Source: Clostridia bacterium (GTDB lineage Bacteria; Bacillota; Clostridia; Oscillospirales; Acutalibacteraceae). Taken from it: DNA of 64,000 bases. The position numbers were made by a program, and so were the translations under genes. The notes under the pieces were generated by a model. That model did not search any database. It was not told the origin of the DNA and saw only the letters and a list, made by a program, of their open reading frames with translations. The number at the start of each line of letters is the position of its first letter. The first letter of the stretch is position 1. Shown piece by piece: positions 51,024 through 60,392 of this stretch. The stretch spans positions 5,058 through 69,057 of the forward strand of contig JAFUPA010000009.1 in the NCBI GenBank assembly GCA_017481575.1, given 5' to 3'.

Positions 51024-52295
51024 ATGTTTGTTGACATAGCAAAAATTAAAATCAAAGCGGGCGACGGCGGTAATGGCGCCGTCGCTTTCAGACGTGAAAA
51101 ATACGTAGCGGCCGGAGGACCAGATGGCGGTGACGGCGGCAGGGGAGGAAATGTTGTTTTTAAAGTGAACGACAATCTTTCAACGCTTGCAGATTTCCGT
51201 TACAAAAGAAAATATAAGGCGCCAAATGGAGAACCCGGACAGACAGGTCACAGAAACGGACGAAAAGGTGAAGACCTTATAATTGAAGTGCCGAGGGGAA
51301 CTATAATCCGTGAGGTTCAGAGCGGCAAGGTTATGGCTGATATGTCTGACGACGATGAATTCATTGCGGCAAAAGGCGGCAGAGGCGGATGGGGTAACTC
51401 CCATTTTGCAACTCCTACCCGTCAGACACCTCGTTTTTCAAAGCCGGGTGTTCCTGGTGAAGAGTGGGAAGTAAGCCTTGAGTTAAAGCTTTTAGCTGAT
51501 GTCGGATTACTCGGTTTTCCGAATGTCGGCAAATCAACGCTTATTTCTGTTGTAAGCCAGGCAAAGCCGATAATTGCAGACTATCATTTCACCACACTCA
51601 CACCTGTTCTCGGTGTTATATCAATGGGTGAGGGAAATTCCTTTGTAATGGCTGATATTCCCGGTCTTATTGAGGGCGCAAGTGACGGTGTCGGTCTCGG
51701 TCACGAGTTCCTTCGTCATGTTGAACGTTGTCGTTTGCTTGTGCATATTATAGATGCGGCAGGCAGTGAGGGCAGAGATCCGATTGACGATTTCAATAAG
51801 ATTAACGCTGAACTCATTAAATTCAATCCTGATATGGCAGATTTGCCGCAGATTGTTGTTGGTAACAAAATTGACCTTGCAACCGATGAACAACTCGAAA
51901 AACTTGAAAAATATTTTGCCGAAAGAGGTTATCAGTATTTTACAATGTGTGCACCTATTGTCGAGGGTACGCAGGAGGTTATTAATGCTGTAGCGGCAAA
52001 GCTTGCAACATTACCTCCAATCAAGAAGTTCGAAAAAGAAGAAATTCCTGCTGAATTTTTTGAGAAGAATAATGACGGCAAGTTTACAATTACCGTCGAG
52101 GATGATGTTTATTCCGTTGAAGCTGAATGGTTGCTCAAAATTTTGCAAAGAACTGATCTTGATGACTATGAGTCTTTGCAGTATTTTCAGCGTGTTTTGC
52201 AGTCCAGCGGCATAATTGATGCACTTGAAGAAAAAGGAATACAGGAAGGCGACACGGTAGAAATATACGATCTTGAATTTGACTTCGTGCCGTAA
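51024..52295 (+). CDS. obg: GTPase Obg/CgtA
   Basis: MFVD...GDGGNG glycine-rich N-domain, G1 motif GFPNVGKST and a C-terminal OCT domain. Confidence 0.95.
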   Translation: MFVDIAKIKIKAGDGGNGAVAFRREKYVAAGGPDGGDGGRGGNVVFKVNDNLSTLADFRYKRKYKAPNGEPGQTGHRNGRKGEDLIIEVPRGTIIREVQSGKVMADMSDDDEFIAAKGGRGGWGNSHFATPTRQTPRFSKPGVPGEEWEVSLELKLLADVGLLGFPNVGKSTLISVVSQAKPIIADYHFTTLTPVLGVISMGEGNSFVMADIPGLIEGASDGVGLGHEFLRHVERCRLLVHIIDAAGSEGRDPIDDFNKINAELIKFNPDMADLPQIVVGNKIDLATDEQLEKLEKYFAERGYQYFTMCAPIVEGTQEVINAVAAKLATLPPIKKFEKEEIPAEFFEKNNDGKFTITVEDDVYSVEAEWLLKILQRTDLDDYESLQYFQRVLQSSGIIDALEEKGIQEGDTVEIYDLEFDFVP

Positions 52296-52302
52296 TTACG
52301 AT

Positions 52303-52698
52303 ATGGAAAGATTACTCAAAGAAAAAGATGTAAAACCAAATGAATTAAGTCCTCTCACGTTAGCTTTTATAGGTGATACTGTGTTTGATTTAATAGTCAG
52401 AGAAGATTTAATTTGTACTGCAAACCGCCCGGCAAACGATTTGCATAACCTTGCGGTTAAAAAAGTCAAAGCATCAGCACAGGCTGGCTTTATCGAAAAG
52501 CTGATGCCGACTCTTACTGAAAAAGAGCTTGCGGTTTACAAAAGAGGACGCAATGCAAAATCGGGTCACTTGCCGAAAAACGCCAGTCAAAGTGATTATC
52601 ATATGGCAACCGGTTTTGAGGCATTGATAGGTTATCTCTATCTTTCCGGTGAAACAGACAGAATAAAAGAGCTTTATAACATTATTATTGCAGATTAA
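52303..52698 (+). CDS. mrnC: Mini-ribonuclease III
   Basis: LTLAFIGDTVFDLIVRE motif. ATG 52303 preferred over the track start. Confidence 0.85.
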   Translation: MERLLKEKDVKPNELSPLTLAFIGDTVFDLIVREDLICTANRPANDLHNLAVKKVKASAQAGFIEKLMPTLTEKELAVYKRGRNAKSGHLPKNASQSDYHMATGFEALIGYLYLSGETDRIKELYNIIIAD

Positions 52699-52711
52699 CG
52701 GAGGCTTAACT

Positions 52712-53626
52712 TTGAAAAACAGCGAAAGCATAAAATCAGTTTTAAAAAAATTTAATATCAAGGAATTTGCTGTTGACAATATTTATTACGTAATCGGCTG
52801 TCTTCTTTACGCTTTAGGTGTTAATATTTTTGCTATTCCAAATAACATTGCTCAAAGCGGAATAACAGGTCTTGCTATTATTATAAATTACCTGCTTCCG
52901 CGGTGTCCTGTTGGTTTAACAGGCTTGGTCTTGAATATACCGCTTATAATCCTTGCATGGATATTCATCGGCAAAGCCTTTACTCTTAAAACACTCTGGA
53001 CAACGGTTTTGCTTTCTCTTTGTATTGACGGTGTGGCATCAGTTATGGAGGCGGGTATAATCGGAGCTTATACAGGCGATAAGCTTCTTGCGGCTCTTTT
53101 CTGCGGTGTAATGTGCGGTGCAGGAATTGCATTGATAATTGTAAGAGGAGCTACCTCGGGTGGTACAGACGTTCTCGGCAGACTTCTTAAAAAAATCTGG
53201 CCTCATATGACAATGGGAACTATGATTCTCCTTTGTGACGCTGCTGTCGTAATTACTGCGGCAATCGTCTTTGGTAGTGTTGATAGTGCAATGTATGCGG
53301 CGATATTGATTTTTGCAAGCTCGGAGGTTATGGATTATATTCTTTACGGTACGGGTAGCGGCAAAATGCTCTATATATTTACAAAAAAAGGCTCTGAGGT
53401 TGCTGATATGATAACCAAGGAGTGCAGACGAGGAGCGACTATAATTGAAGGTAAGGGTGGATACACAGGTGACACAAATGAACTTGTAATTTGTGCCGCA
53501 AGAAGCCACGAAATACCCAAGATACGCAAAAAGGTCAAGGAATTTGACCCTGACTCTTTTATCGTGCTTACCGAAGCGAATGAAATCCTCGGCAAGGGCT
53601 TTAACCCTCCCGCCGCAGGTGATTGA
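52712..53626 (+). CDS. YitT-family membrane protein (with C-terminal DUF2179-like domain)
   Basis: About 5 TM helices, then a soluble C-terminus (TIIEGKGGYTGD). TTG 52712 lies 7 nt after GGAGG. Confidence 0.75.
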   Translation: MKNSESIKSVLKKFNIKEFAVDNIYYVIGCLLYALGVNIFAIPNNIAQSGITGLAIIINYLLPRCPVGLTGLVLNIPLIILAWIFIGKAFTLKTLWTTVLLSLCIDGVASVMEAGIIGAYTGDKLLAALFCGVMCGAGIALIIVRGATSGGTDVLGRLLKKIWPHMTMGTMILLCDAAVVITAAIVFGSVDSAMYAAILIFASSEVMDYILYGTGSGKMLYIFTKKGSEVADMITKECRRGATIIEGKGGYTGDTNELVICAARSHEIPKIRKKVKEFDPDSFIVLTEANEILGKGFNPPAAGD

Positions 53627-53637
53627 TCTATATTTAT

Positions 53638-53677
53638 AAAAAAACAGGCTGTATCATCTGATACAGCCTTAATTTAT
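53638..53677. terminator. Bidirectional terminator
   Basis: AGGCTGTATC-atct-GATACAGCCT flanked by an A-run and a T-rich tail. Confidence 0.75.
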
Positions 53678-55596
53678 TCTATTCTTATGTAGACGGTCAT
53701 TTCGTTTTCGCCTCGGTTGGCCCATTTGTAATATGGAATAAAACAGAGCTTAACTTTTTCTTTTTTTGCTTCTTCCCAAGCGCTGTAAAGCTTTTCACAA
53801 TCCTTTTCACGGTATCCGTCTGCATATATGTTTTCACCTTCAACAAAGAAAGACGTGTGTTTATCAAGTGATAACATTTGCAGATTTTTACCGTTATCAA
53901 CCTCTTCAAGACAATAAACAAAAGGTCCTTTTGTAACTGCGACTTTACCGATGTTTGAGCGCACACGGTTAGAACACTTTATGATTTTTACTTCAGACTT
54001 GAAATGGGCATCAATTCGTGTTTCGTTGCTTATTTCAAAATAAGCATATCCGTCTTTGATTACAGCATTGTGTGAAAAACTAAAAGTATCGCACCATTTC
54101 GGAATTCGTAATGCGAGAGTAAAACTTTCTTTCGACGAAACCAAAATTGAAACTTTGCCGTCTTCGGTGTAATTCGAGTGAATATCAATTTCAGCTTTGT
54201 CGGCATACACCTTACCGCCAATGTATTGATGAATGTAAAAAGTATCGTTGTTTTGAGTGTAGCAATATTCTCCAATGGAAGATACAAGCCTTGCTAAGTT
54301 TGGAGGACAGCAAGCGCAACCAAACCATTTTTGACGAACTGTTTTGATATGATTTTTCCTGGAATCCTTATGAGATGCTTCTGGCAAAACCTCAAGCGGA
54401 TTTACATAAAAGAAGCTTTTGCCGTCCTGTGACATTCCTGCAAGCACAGTGTTATATAACGCTTTTTCCATTGCATCAACTATATCTGCATCCGGTTCGA
54501 TTTCCAGCATTCTTCGTGCAAAGAAAATAAGACCTATTGAAGCACATGTTTCGCTGTAAGCAAGATCGTTCGGCAAATCATAATCAAACGAAAAAGCCTC
54601 GCCGTGTGATGTTGAGCCAATTCCGCCTGTGATGTACATCTTTTTGTTTATGATGTTTTCAATAATCTTTTTACAAGCCAGATAAAGCTCATCATCACCG
54701 TACCGTTTTGCAATATCAGCCATTCCGCTGTAAAGGTAAACACCCCTTACTGCATGACCAATAGCTTCGTGCTGATGTCTCGGTTCACGGTGTGCCTGAT
54801 TGTAATGGTAGTTATCTTCGACGGTTTCTTTCCCGAGAGCCTTATCGTAATAGTAAGGTTTCTTACCACGTTCATCTATAAAGAATTTTGCTGTCTGCAG
54901 ATACTTTTCTTTAGCGGTCACATCATAGAGCTTTACAAGTGCCATTTCTGCAATTTCGTGACCGGGATAACCCTTTATCTTGTCTTCGCCAAAAGTGTCA
55001 CAAATAAGGTCAGCAAAGCGGCATACGGTATCAAGAAATTTTCTTTCACCCGTAGCGTTATAGAAACTTATTGCCGCCTCTGCCATATGACCGAAGCAGT
55101 AAAGCTCATGGAAATCCTTAAGATTTTCAAAAACAGCGTTTCGGTTGTTGATTATATAGAGCGTGTCCAGATAACCGTTTTCAAGCTGCGCATTGCAGAC
55201 TAAATCAATGATTTCTTTTGCCTTTGCCTTAAGCTCATCGTCCGGGTGGGTTGTGAGAGAATAACCGACAGCCTCAATCCATTTGTAAACATCGCTATCC
55301 TGAAATACCCAACCGTGAAAAGCTCCTTCGGGAGCGTTTTTGTCGTCATAATGCCATTTGTCGGTTGGATAAACTGCAACCTCTTTTCCTTGTGAGAGGT
55401 CTTTAACAACTTTTCCTGCTTTAATAAAGTTATCAATTGAGTAGCTTTTTTCAGCCCCCTCAACTCTGTCGTGCAATGCTTCGTATTGATAAGGTATAAC
55501 CTCTGTTCTGACAAGCTCACGGATTTGGTTCCAGAAATCGTCATCAATTACCGTGTTTTTTAACTGAACAGGTCTTGAAAATAAATCAGTATTCAT
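53674..55596 (-). CDS. Glycoside hydrolase family 127 (beta-L-arabinofuranosidase-like, DUF1680)
   Basis: 640 aa with a GH127-like sequence and Cys cluster (WFGCACCPPN). ATG 55596 (7 nt after GGAG) preferred over 55620, which would overlap the MFS gene. Confidence 0.8.
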   Translation of the reverse strand: MNTDLFSRPVQLKNTVIDDDFWNQIRELVRTEVIPYQYEALHDRVEGAEKSYSIDNFIKAGKVVKDLSQGKEVAVYPTDKWHYDDKNAPEGAFHGWVFQDSDVYKWIEAVGYSLTTHPDDELKAKAKEIIDLVCNAQLENGYLDTLYIINNRNAVFENLKDFHELYCFGHMAEAAISFYNATGERKFLDTVCRFADLICDTFGEDKIKGYPGHEIAEMALVKLYDVTAKEKYLQTAKFFIDERGKKPYYYDKALGKETVEDNYHYNQAHREPRHQHEAIGHAVRGVYLYSGMADIAKRYGDDELYLACKKIIENIINKKMYITGGIGSTSHGEAFSFDYDLPNDLAYSETCASIGLIFFARRMLEIEPDADIVDAMEKALYNTVLAGMSQDGKSFFYVNPLEVLPEASHKDSRKNHIKTVRQKWFGCACCPPNLARLVSSIGEYCYTQNNDTFYIHQYIGGKVYADKAEIDIHSNYTEDGKVSILVSSKESFTLALRIPKWCDTFSFSHNAVIKDGYAYFEISNETRIDAHFKSEVKIIKCSNRVRSNIGKVAVTKGPFVYCLEEVDNGKNLQMLSLDKHTSFFVEGENIYADGYREKDCEKLYSAWEEAKKEKVKLCFIPYYKWANRGENEMTVYIRIE

Positions 55597-55610
55597 AGCT
55601 TCGCTCCAAC

Positions 55611-57068
55611 TTAATCCCATTCACAACCCGTAACTGTGTCCATGTCAATGCCTTTTGTGTCGTGGGTTTTAAATAATAAAGTAATAAGCGCCGCAATAAA
55701 ACCGGGAACAAGGAGTGCAAATGATACAATACCCGTAACGCTGTTTCCGAGAATTGTAATAAGAGGTATGCTGATTATATATGATAAAGCAAATCCGACA
55801 GCGGTAACAATAAACTGTGCAGACATTGTTGACGAACGCAGGTTAGTAGGTGAGGATTCGCCAATCATCATAATAATAACGTCGTTTGTTGAGTAATAAC
55901 TGCCAACAAAAGCACCGCAGAGGAAGCCGACAAGATACGGGTTCCAAGCCATATTTGAGCCGATAGAAAATCCTATAAAGGCCAAAAGACAGTTTGCGGC
56001 AGTTGTAATTGCGGCAGCTTTGCGTCCCTTTGAGTCAGATATAAAGCCCATTATAACCTGTGAAACAGCACAGCCTACAGGGAACATAAATAAAGCGGTT
56101 GTAACAGGTCCGATGCTTACGGCGTTCATAACCTCTTCACCGAGTTTAGCAAAAAGTCCGTTTTCAACGTAGTTCTGTGCGTAACCGTAAGACATAATAA
56201 CCTGATAGTTAATTGTGCCTATAAAACCGATATTAGCAACAGAAGATGTTATGTAAAGCCAGCGAAGCTGTTTGTGCTTCAATGCGAATTTCAAGGCAGG
56301 TATAAGTCCGCCTTGACTGTTTTGTGTATCTTTTTGCAGTCTTTCAGCTTCTCTTTCTTCATCCGTCATTCTTAAGTAGCGAAGTCTTGACTCAATAAAC
56401 GAATCTGTTTCTCTTGCGGTAATAAGTGCAATAAAGCTTGTAACAACACCTACAATCGCAGGTATGAAGTAAACCATTCTCCACTCGGATGCATTGCTCA
56501 TAAGCATTCTTCGAAGAAGTGGTACAAGCATAACAGACATATTGGCAATGAACTTGATTGAAGAATAAACCTTGCCACGGTGGTCTGTCGGCGAGGATTC
56601 CATAATATAAACAACGTGCATATCGTGCGGAATGAAGAACTGTACCATGCACGCACCGATGAAATAAAGAATAAGGTTGTTTGAAAGGAAGATAACGAGC
56701 ATTGCAAGGCTCATACCGAAGGTGTTAATTATAAGAAACTTTTTTCGTCCCCAACGGTCAGCAAGAGGACGGTATAAAAGACCGATTGCTTGGAACGGAA
56801 CAACAAGTATAGATAAAATTTCAAGAAGTCCGACAGAGCTTTCACCGGAGCTTGCAAAAAGGTCGTTTGCAATTTCGGTTTTCATCAATGTTCCGATTTG
56901 CGAAGCAATTTCGTCTGTTGCATAAATCAGAGTAATGATGAAAATAAGATAAATGAAATAAAGGTTTTTCTTTGGTCTGGCTTTTTCTTTTTCCCATTTT
57001 GCAATTTCTTTTTCACGCTTAAATTGAATTTTTTTGAGCTTTTCGGGAGTCATTGTGTTGCTTTTCAT
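55611..57068 (-). CDS. MFS transporter
   Basis: 485 aa, 12 predicted TM helices, DRWGRKK loop motif. Confidence 0.85.
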   Translation of the reverse strand: MKSNTMTPEKLKKIQFKREKEIAKWEKEKARPKKNLYFIYLIFIITLIYATDEIASQIGTLMKTEIANDLFASSGESSVGLLEILSILVVPFQAIGLLYRPLADRWGRKKFLIINTFGMSLAMLVIFLSNNLILYFIGACMVQFFIPHDMHVVYIMESSPTDHRGKVYSSIKFIANMSVMLVPLLRRMLMSNASEWRMVYFIPAIVGVVTSFIALITARETDSFIESRLRYLRMTDEEREAERLQKDTQNSQGGLIPALKFALKHKQLRWLYITSSVANIGFIGTINYQVIMSYGYAQNYVENGLFAKLGEEVMNAVSIGPVTTALFMFPVGCAVSQVIMGFISDSKGRKAAAITTAANCLLAFIGFSIGSNMAWNPYLVGFLCGAFVGSYYSTNDVIIMMIGESSPTNLRSSTMSAQFIVTAVGFALSYIISIPLITILGNSVTGIVSFALLVPGFIAALITLLFKTHDTKGIDMDTVTGCEWD

Positions 57069-57081
57069 AAAAACCTCCTGA

Positions 57082-57834
57082 TTAATACAGTATTCTTTTA
57101 AGTTCTTCTGTAAAATTCTTTGTGTCTATATTTTTTAATAAATGTGCATCCGTTCCGAGAGTGAAAACTATGCCTAACTCCTTGCCGATGTGATACATTC
57201 GTCTGGCGAGTTGCGGGTCACTAAAGGATGTAACGGTGTTAATTTCCCATGCACATTCACTCTCAAAAGCCTTTTGCATAATTTCTGCAATTTCTTCATC
57301 TTTCCAGCATTTGCCGAGTGTTTCGGTTTCCCAGCCTGTAACGCTTTTGAGATACATTCCGCAAAGCGGATGTGCAACTGTGTCTGCCGCACGGTCTTTA
57401 AAGAGTGTTTCAAGCATTCTTTTTGTCAGCTTTTTATAGCCCTCTGGTGTTTTACTCTCTGCTTGCTCCCACCCTGTAACATGAAAGTGATTTTGCGCAT
57501 ACAAGCGGTAATCGGTTTTAATCTCAATATTTTTAAGTGTGTATTTTTCAGCGCCGTAGCTGGAAAATTCACCACCTATGAGTATCTTTACCTTACTGTC
57601 AATTTCGTCTCGCTTTTGTTTTAACATTTCACAGTTTAAATTAAATTTATCAAGTTCTTTAGGTTCATAAACATGGTCACATAAAGCAATCATTTCAAGA
57701 CCTGCTTTCTCAGCAGTTTTAACAATGTTTTCAAACGTCATTTCTTCGTTTGCACACTTTGAAAAACAGGTGTGAATATGCAGGTTAAACCGTGCGAGTT
57801 CATCAATGTTATATATATCTTTAGTAAGAAACAA
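57082..57834 (-). CDS. PHP-domain metal-dependent phosphoesterase
   Basis: NLHIHTCFSKC and CDHVY motifs. TTG start. Confidence 0.7.
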   Translation of the reverse strand: MFLTKDIYNIDELARFNLHIHTCFSKCANEEMTFENIVKTAEKAGLEMIALCDHVYEPKELDKFNLNCEMLKQKRDEIDSKVKILIGGEFSSYGAEKYTLKNIEIKTDYRLYAQNHFHVTGWEQAESKTPEGYKKLTKRMLETLFKDRAADTVAHPLCGMYLKSVTGWETETLGKCWKDEEIAEIMQKAFESECAWEINTVTSFSDPQLARRMYHIGKELGIVFTLGTDAHLLKNIDTKNFTEELKRILY

Positions 57835-57857
57835 AATACCACTTCCTTTATTTTTTC

Positions 57858-57886
57858 ATTTTACCAACTTTCAAATATATTGTCAA
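57858..57886 (-). promoter_or_regulatory. Sigma-A-type promoter of the PHP-MFS-GH127 genes
   Basis: On the minus strand, TTGACA-17 nt-TAAAAT. Confidence 0.6.
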
Positions 57887-57909
57887 TTAAGATTAGTTTT
57901 TGACGTAAA

Positions 57910-57937
57910 TTGACAAGTCTTTTCACGGTGATATACT
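57910..57937 (+). promoter_or_regulatory. Orphan sigma-A-type promoter (extended -10) with no downstream plus-strand gene
   Basis: TTGACA-16 nt-TGaTATACT. It faces the terminator at 57974-58009 and the 3' end of the convergent PAP2 gene. Confidence 0.5.
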
Positions 57938-57973
57938 GAATTACACTGCTTAAGGACGTTTTATGTAAAATGA

Positions 57974-58009
57974 AAAATGCCTCCGAATTTCGGTTCGGAG
58001 GCATTTTTT
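57974..58009. terminator. Bidirectional terminator (PAP2 gene 3' end)
   Basis: AAAATGCCTCCGAA-tttcgg-TTCGGAGGCATTTT with T-runs on both strands. Confidence 0.8.
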
Positions 58010-58883
58010 ATATCTTAATCTTTTTGAATAAAAGGGGACAAAGACCAAGCATTACAAACATAACAAAGAAATATCTTACAGCACTGAAAATGAGCATCAG
58101 CTCAACTGAAGAGAATACAAAAACAAGCTTCAGACCTTCTTTAACTGCAAGCACGGCAACAATTGAAATGATTACTCTGATAAATCTTTTCCATATAGGA
58201 CCGTCACATTTCATATCGACGTATTTGTCATCAAGCATAACTGCAAAAAGATAACCAACGAGCATACCGTAAAGCTTGTAAAAGTCTGCATACAATTTAT
58301 TAGGACTATTAAAAAGAAAAACAAAAATGAACGGAGTGTATGCAAGTACAACTATTGCATGCAAAATATTTTTGTTTTCAATCCTGTCATAAGCAATGTT
58401 ACCAAAAACTGCAAACAGCAAACCAATAACAGTTCCGACAATAACGTCACTCGGGTAATGAGCACCAAGATACATTCTTGAAAAACCGACAGCAAGTGTA
58501 AGCACGACGGCAATAACTGTCATCCACCACTTTTTAAGATGAACGGCAAAAGCGTTTGTCCATGTTGTAGCACACTGAGTGTGGCCGCTCGGAAAAGAAT
58601 AGCCTGTAGCGGTATCAGGCCTTACACAGGTAACTTCTCCTGAAGCGAATGGACGTGGTACTTTAGCAAAGTTTTTGACTATGCCGTTAACACCTAACGA
58701 TGAAGCGGTAATAAAAAATATTCTTCTTGCCAGCTTTTTGTCTATTACAAAATAAAAAACAGCAATAAAGACAATTAAAAGTGTTTCTTCACCGAACATG
58801 GTTACAAATTCGAAAATCTTGTTCAGAACTTCACTTCGTATTCCTTCAAGTGCTTGCAAAAAACTAATTTCACCCGGAAACAT
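58008..58883 (-). CDS. PAP2-family membrane phosphatase
   Basis: KxxxxxxRP-like motif, PSGH and SRMYLGAHYPSD motifs, multiple TM helices. Confidence 0.85.
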   Translation of the reverse strand: MFPGEISFLQALEGIRSEVLNKIFEFVTMFGEETLLIVFIAVFYFVIDKKLARRIFFITASSLGVNGIVKNFAKVPRPFASGEVTCVRPDTATGYSFPSGHTQCATTWTNAFAVHLKKWWMTVIAVVLTLAVGFSRMYLGAHYPSDVIVGTVIGLLFAVFGNIAYDRIENKNILHAIVVLAYTPFIFVFLFNSPNKLYADFYKLYGMLVGYLFAVMLDDKYVDMKCDGPIWKRFIRVIISIVAVLAVKEGLKLVFVFSSVELMLIFSAVRYFFVMFVMLGLCPLLFKKIKI

Positions 58884-58978
58884 TCAATCAATCCTTTTTA
58901 TGTATTTTTGAAATAATATCATAAATTTAATCTGAAATCAATAATAAGACAACAAGACATAATGTTTGTTTTGTGCTA

Positions 58979-59006
58979 TTGATTTTTTTTTCTCTTATGG
59001 TATAAT
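58979..59006 (+). promoter_or_regulatory. Sigma-A-type promoter (extended -10)
   Basis: TTGATT-16 nt-TGgTATAAT. The spacer contains a T9 run (58983-58991). Confidence 0.6.
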
Positions 59007-59042
59007 TTAACCGTTAGTTTCTTAAAAGAAAGGACTTTTATT

Positions 59043-59930
59043 ATGGCTAAATACCTTATTGTAAATGCAGACGACTACGGAATGTGTAAAGCGGCAAATA
59101 CAGCCGTTGCGGAGCTTTTTGAGGGCGGCTGGCTTAAGTCGGCAACCGTTATGATTCCTTGCCCTGCGGCAAAAGAAGCTGTTGAGTTTTCAAACGCTCA
59201 TCCTGAGTATGCTGTCGGCGTACATCTTACAATGACAAGCGAATGGGGCAAATATCGTTGGAAACCGCTTACAAACGGCAAGACACTCGTTGATGAAGAG
59301 GGCTTTATGTGGCACGAGAGCGACCAGGTCGAAAAGAATGCTTCTTATGAAGACCTTGAAGCAGAAATCCGTGCGCAGATTGACCTTGCACACAGTTGGG
59401 GTATGAAGCCTTCACATACAGATAACCATATGGGTTCACTCTACGGTCACTACACAGGCAGACTCGGACTTTCAAAGATGACTTTGCGTGTTTGCGGTGA
59501 ATATGGCTATGCATACAGACTCTACACAAAGCACGACAAACGCATTTGTCCCAAAGGCACACCGTATCCGCTTTATGCCGCTGTAACGCTTCTTTCAAAG
59601 CGTTGGGGCAAGAAGTATGATGTTGTAATTCCCGACTATCTTCTTTTCCCGGATTGGAACGACGATATGCGAAAGAGCTACGAAACATATCGTGATACAA
59701 TTCTTAAAATCTGGACAGATATTCCCGAGGACGGCGTGACAGAGACCTTTATCCACCCGTCAGTTGAAACTGATGAACTCAAGAGCATCACGGGCAGATG
59801 GAGAGACAGAGTATGGGAATACGAGCTTATGAAAGACCCCTATGTTCATAAGTATCTCAAAGACCACGGTGTTGAGCTTATCAGCTACCGTGAACTCATC
59901 AAGATGAAGGGCGGCAAGCTCAAGGGCTGA
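59043..59930 (+). CDS. ChbG/YdjC-family carbohydrate deacetylase
   Basis: LIVNADDYGM N-terminal motif and VHLT, 295 aa. Confidence 0.82.
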   Translation: MAKYLIVNADDYGMCKAANTAVAELFEGGWLKSATVMIPCPAAKEAVEFSNAHPEYAVGVHLTMTSEWGKYRWKPLTNGKTLVDEEGFMWHESDQVEKNASYEDLEAEIRAQIDLAHSWGMKPSHTDNHMGSLYGHYTGRLGLSKMTLRVCGEYGYAYRLYTKHDKRICPKGTPYPLYAAVTLLSKRWGKKYDVVIPDYLLFPDWNDDMRKSYETYRDTILKIWTDIPEDGVTETFIHPSVETDELKSITGRWRDRVWEYELMKDPYVHKYLKDHGVELISYRELIKMKGGKLKG

Positions 59931-59950
59931 TTTTTGAATACATAAATCAT

Positions 59951-59980
59951 CGACGGCGGAGAAATCTGCCGTCGTTTTTT
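59951..59980 (+). terminator. Intrinsic terminator
   Basis: CGACGGCGGA-gaaa-TCTGCCGTCG followed by TTTTTT. Confidence 0.8.
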
Positions 59981-60034
59981 GCGGTAAGATGTTGATAGAT
60001 TTTAACTTGTCAAGATAATTTAAGTTTAGAGGAA

Positions 60035-60106
60035 CACAGCCCTCCTTGCCTAAAGGAGGGTGGCACGGCGTAGCCGTGACGGGAGGATAATCTGCGTCGC
60101 AGACCT
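60035..60106 (+). repeat. GC-rich palindromic repeat module (type A, forward)
   Basis: Hairpin CCCTCCTT-gccta-AAGGAGGG (60040-60060), then TGG, then hairpin CACGGC-gta-GCCGTG (60064-60078), then ACGGGAGGA. Confidence 0.7.
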
Positions 60107-60137
60107 TTAATGTAAACATAATCTATTCTTTATAATA

Positions 60138-60195
60138 TCCCTCCACCACTTCGTGGTCCCCCTCCCTTTAGGGCAAGGGAGGCCACGCACAGAGC
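60138..60195 (-). repeat. GC-rich palindromic repeat module (type A, reverse)
   Basis: Hairpin ACCAC-ttc-GTGGT (60145-60157) and hairpin CCTCCCTT-tagggc-AAGGGAGG (60161-60182). Same architecture as 60035-60106 in the opposite orientation. Confidence 0.7.
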
Positions 60196-60270
60196 AAATT
60201 TTATCTGATTAAAGAACTCTACAAACCCCATTTTGTAGGAATATTAAATGCACGGTTGCGTTGCAACCTA

Positions 60271-60392
60271 CACCTCATCAGTCACTCCGTGACAGCTTCC
60301 CATCGCAGGGGAAGCCTTGATTTGTCACAATTTTGACAGCCTTCCCCTTGAGGGGAAGGTGGCATTTTCGTAAGAAAATGACGGATGAGGTG
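60271..60392. repeat. 122-nt composite near-palindrome made of two type-B modules head to head
   Basis: Outer inverted repeat CACCTCATC/GATGAGGTG. Inner hairpins are GTCAC-tcc-GTGAC, GCTTCCC-atcgca-GGGAAGC, CCTTCCCC-ttga-GGGGAAGG and CATTTTC-gtaa-GAAAATG. Confidence 0.75.

Noticed and set aside
59760-60119. 119-aa minus-strand ORF reaching into the repeat cluster
   Set aside because: It overlaps the 3' end of the ydjC-like gene antisense. Its N-terminus (..PPVTATPCHPPLGKEGC..) is just a translation of the GC-rich palindromic repeat. It has no RBS.
60184-60198. CACGCACAGAGCAAA, which resembles the 5' end of the Vibrio Vc2 c-di-GMP-I riboswitch (CACGCACAGGGCAAACC)
   Set aside because: The rest of the GEMM-I consensus is absent: the second ACGCAAAGC element and the tetraloop and receptor helices. 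The string is part of repeat module A (reverse copy), and a terminator at 60464-60503 separates it from the gene start about 570 nt away.
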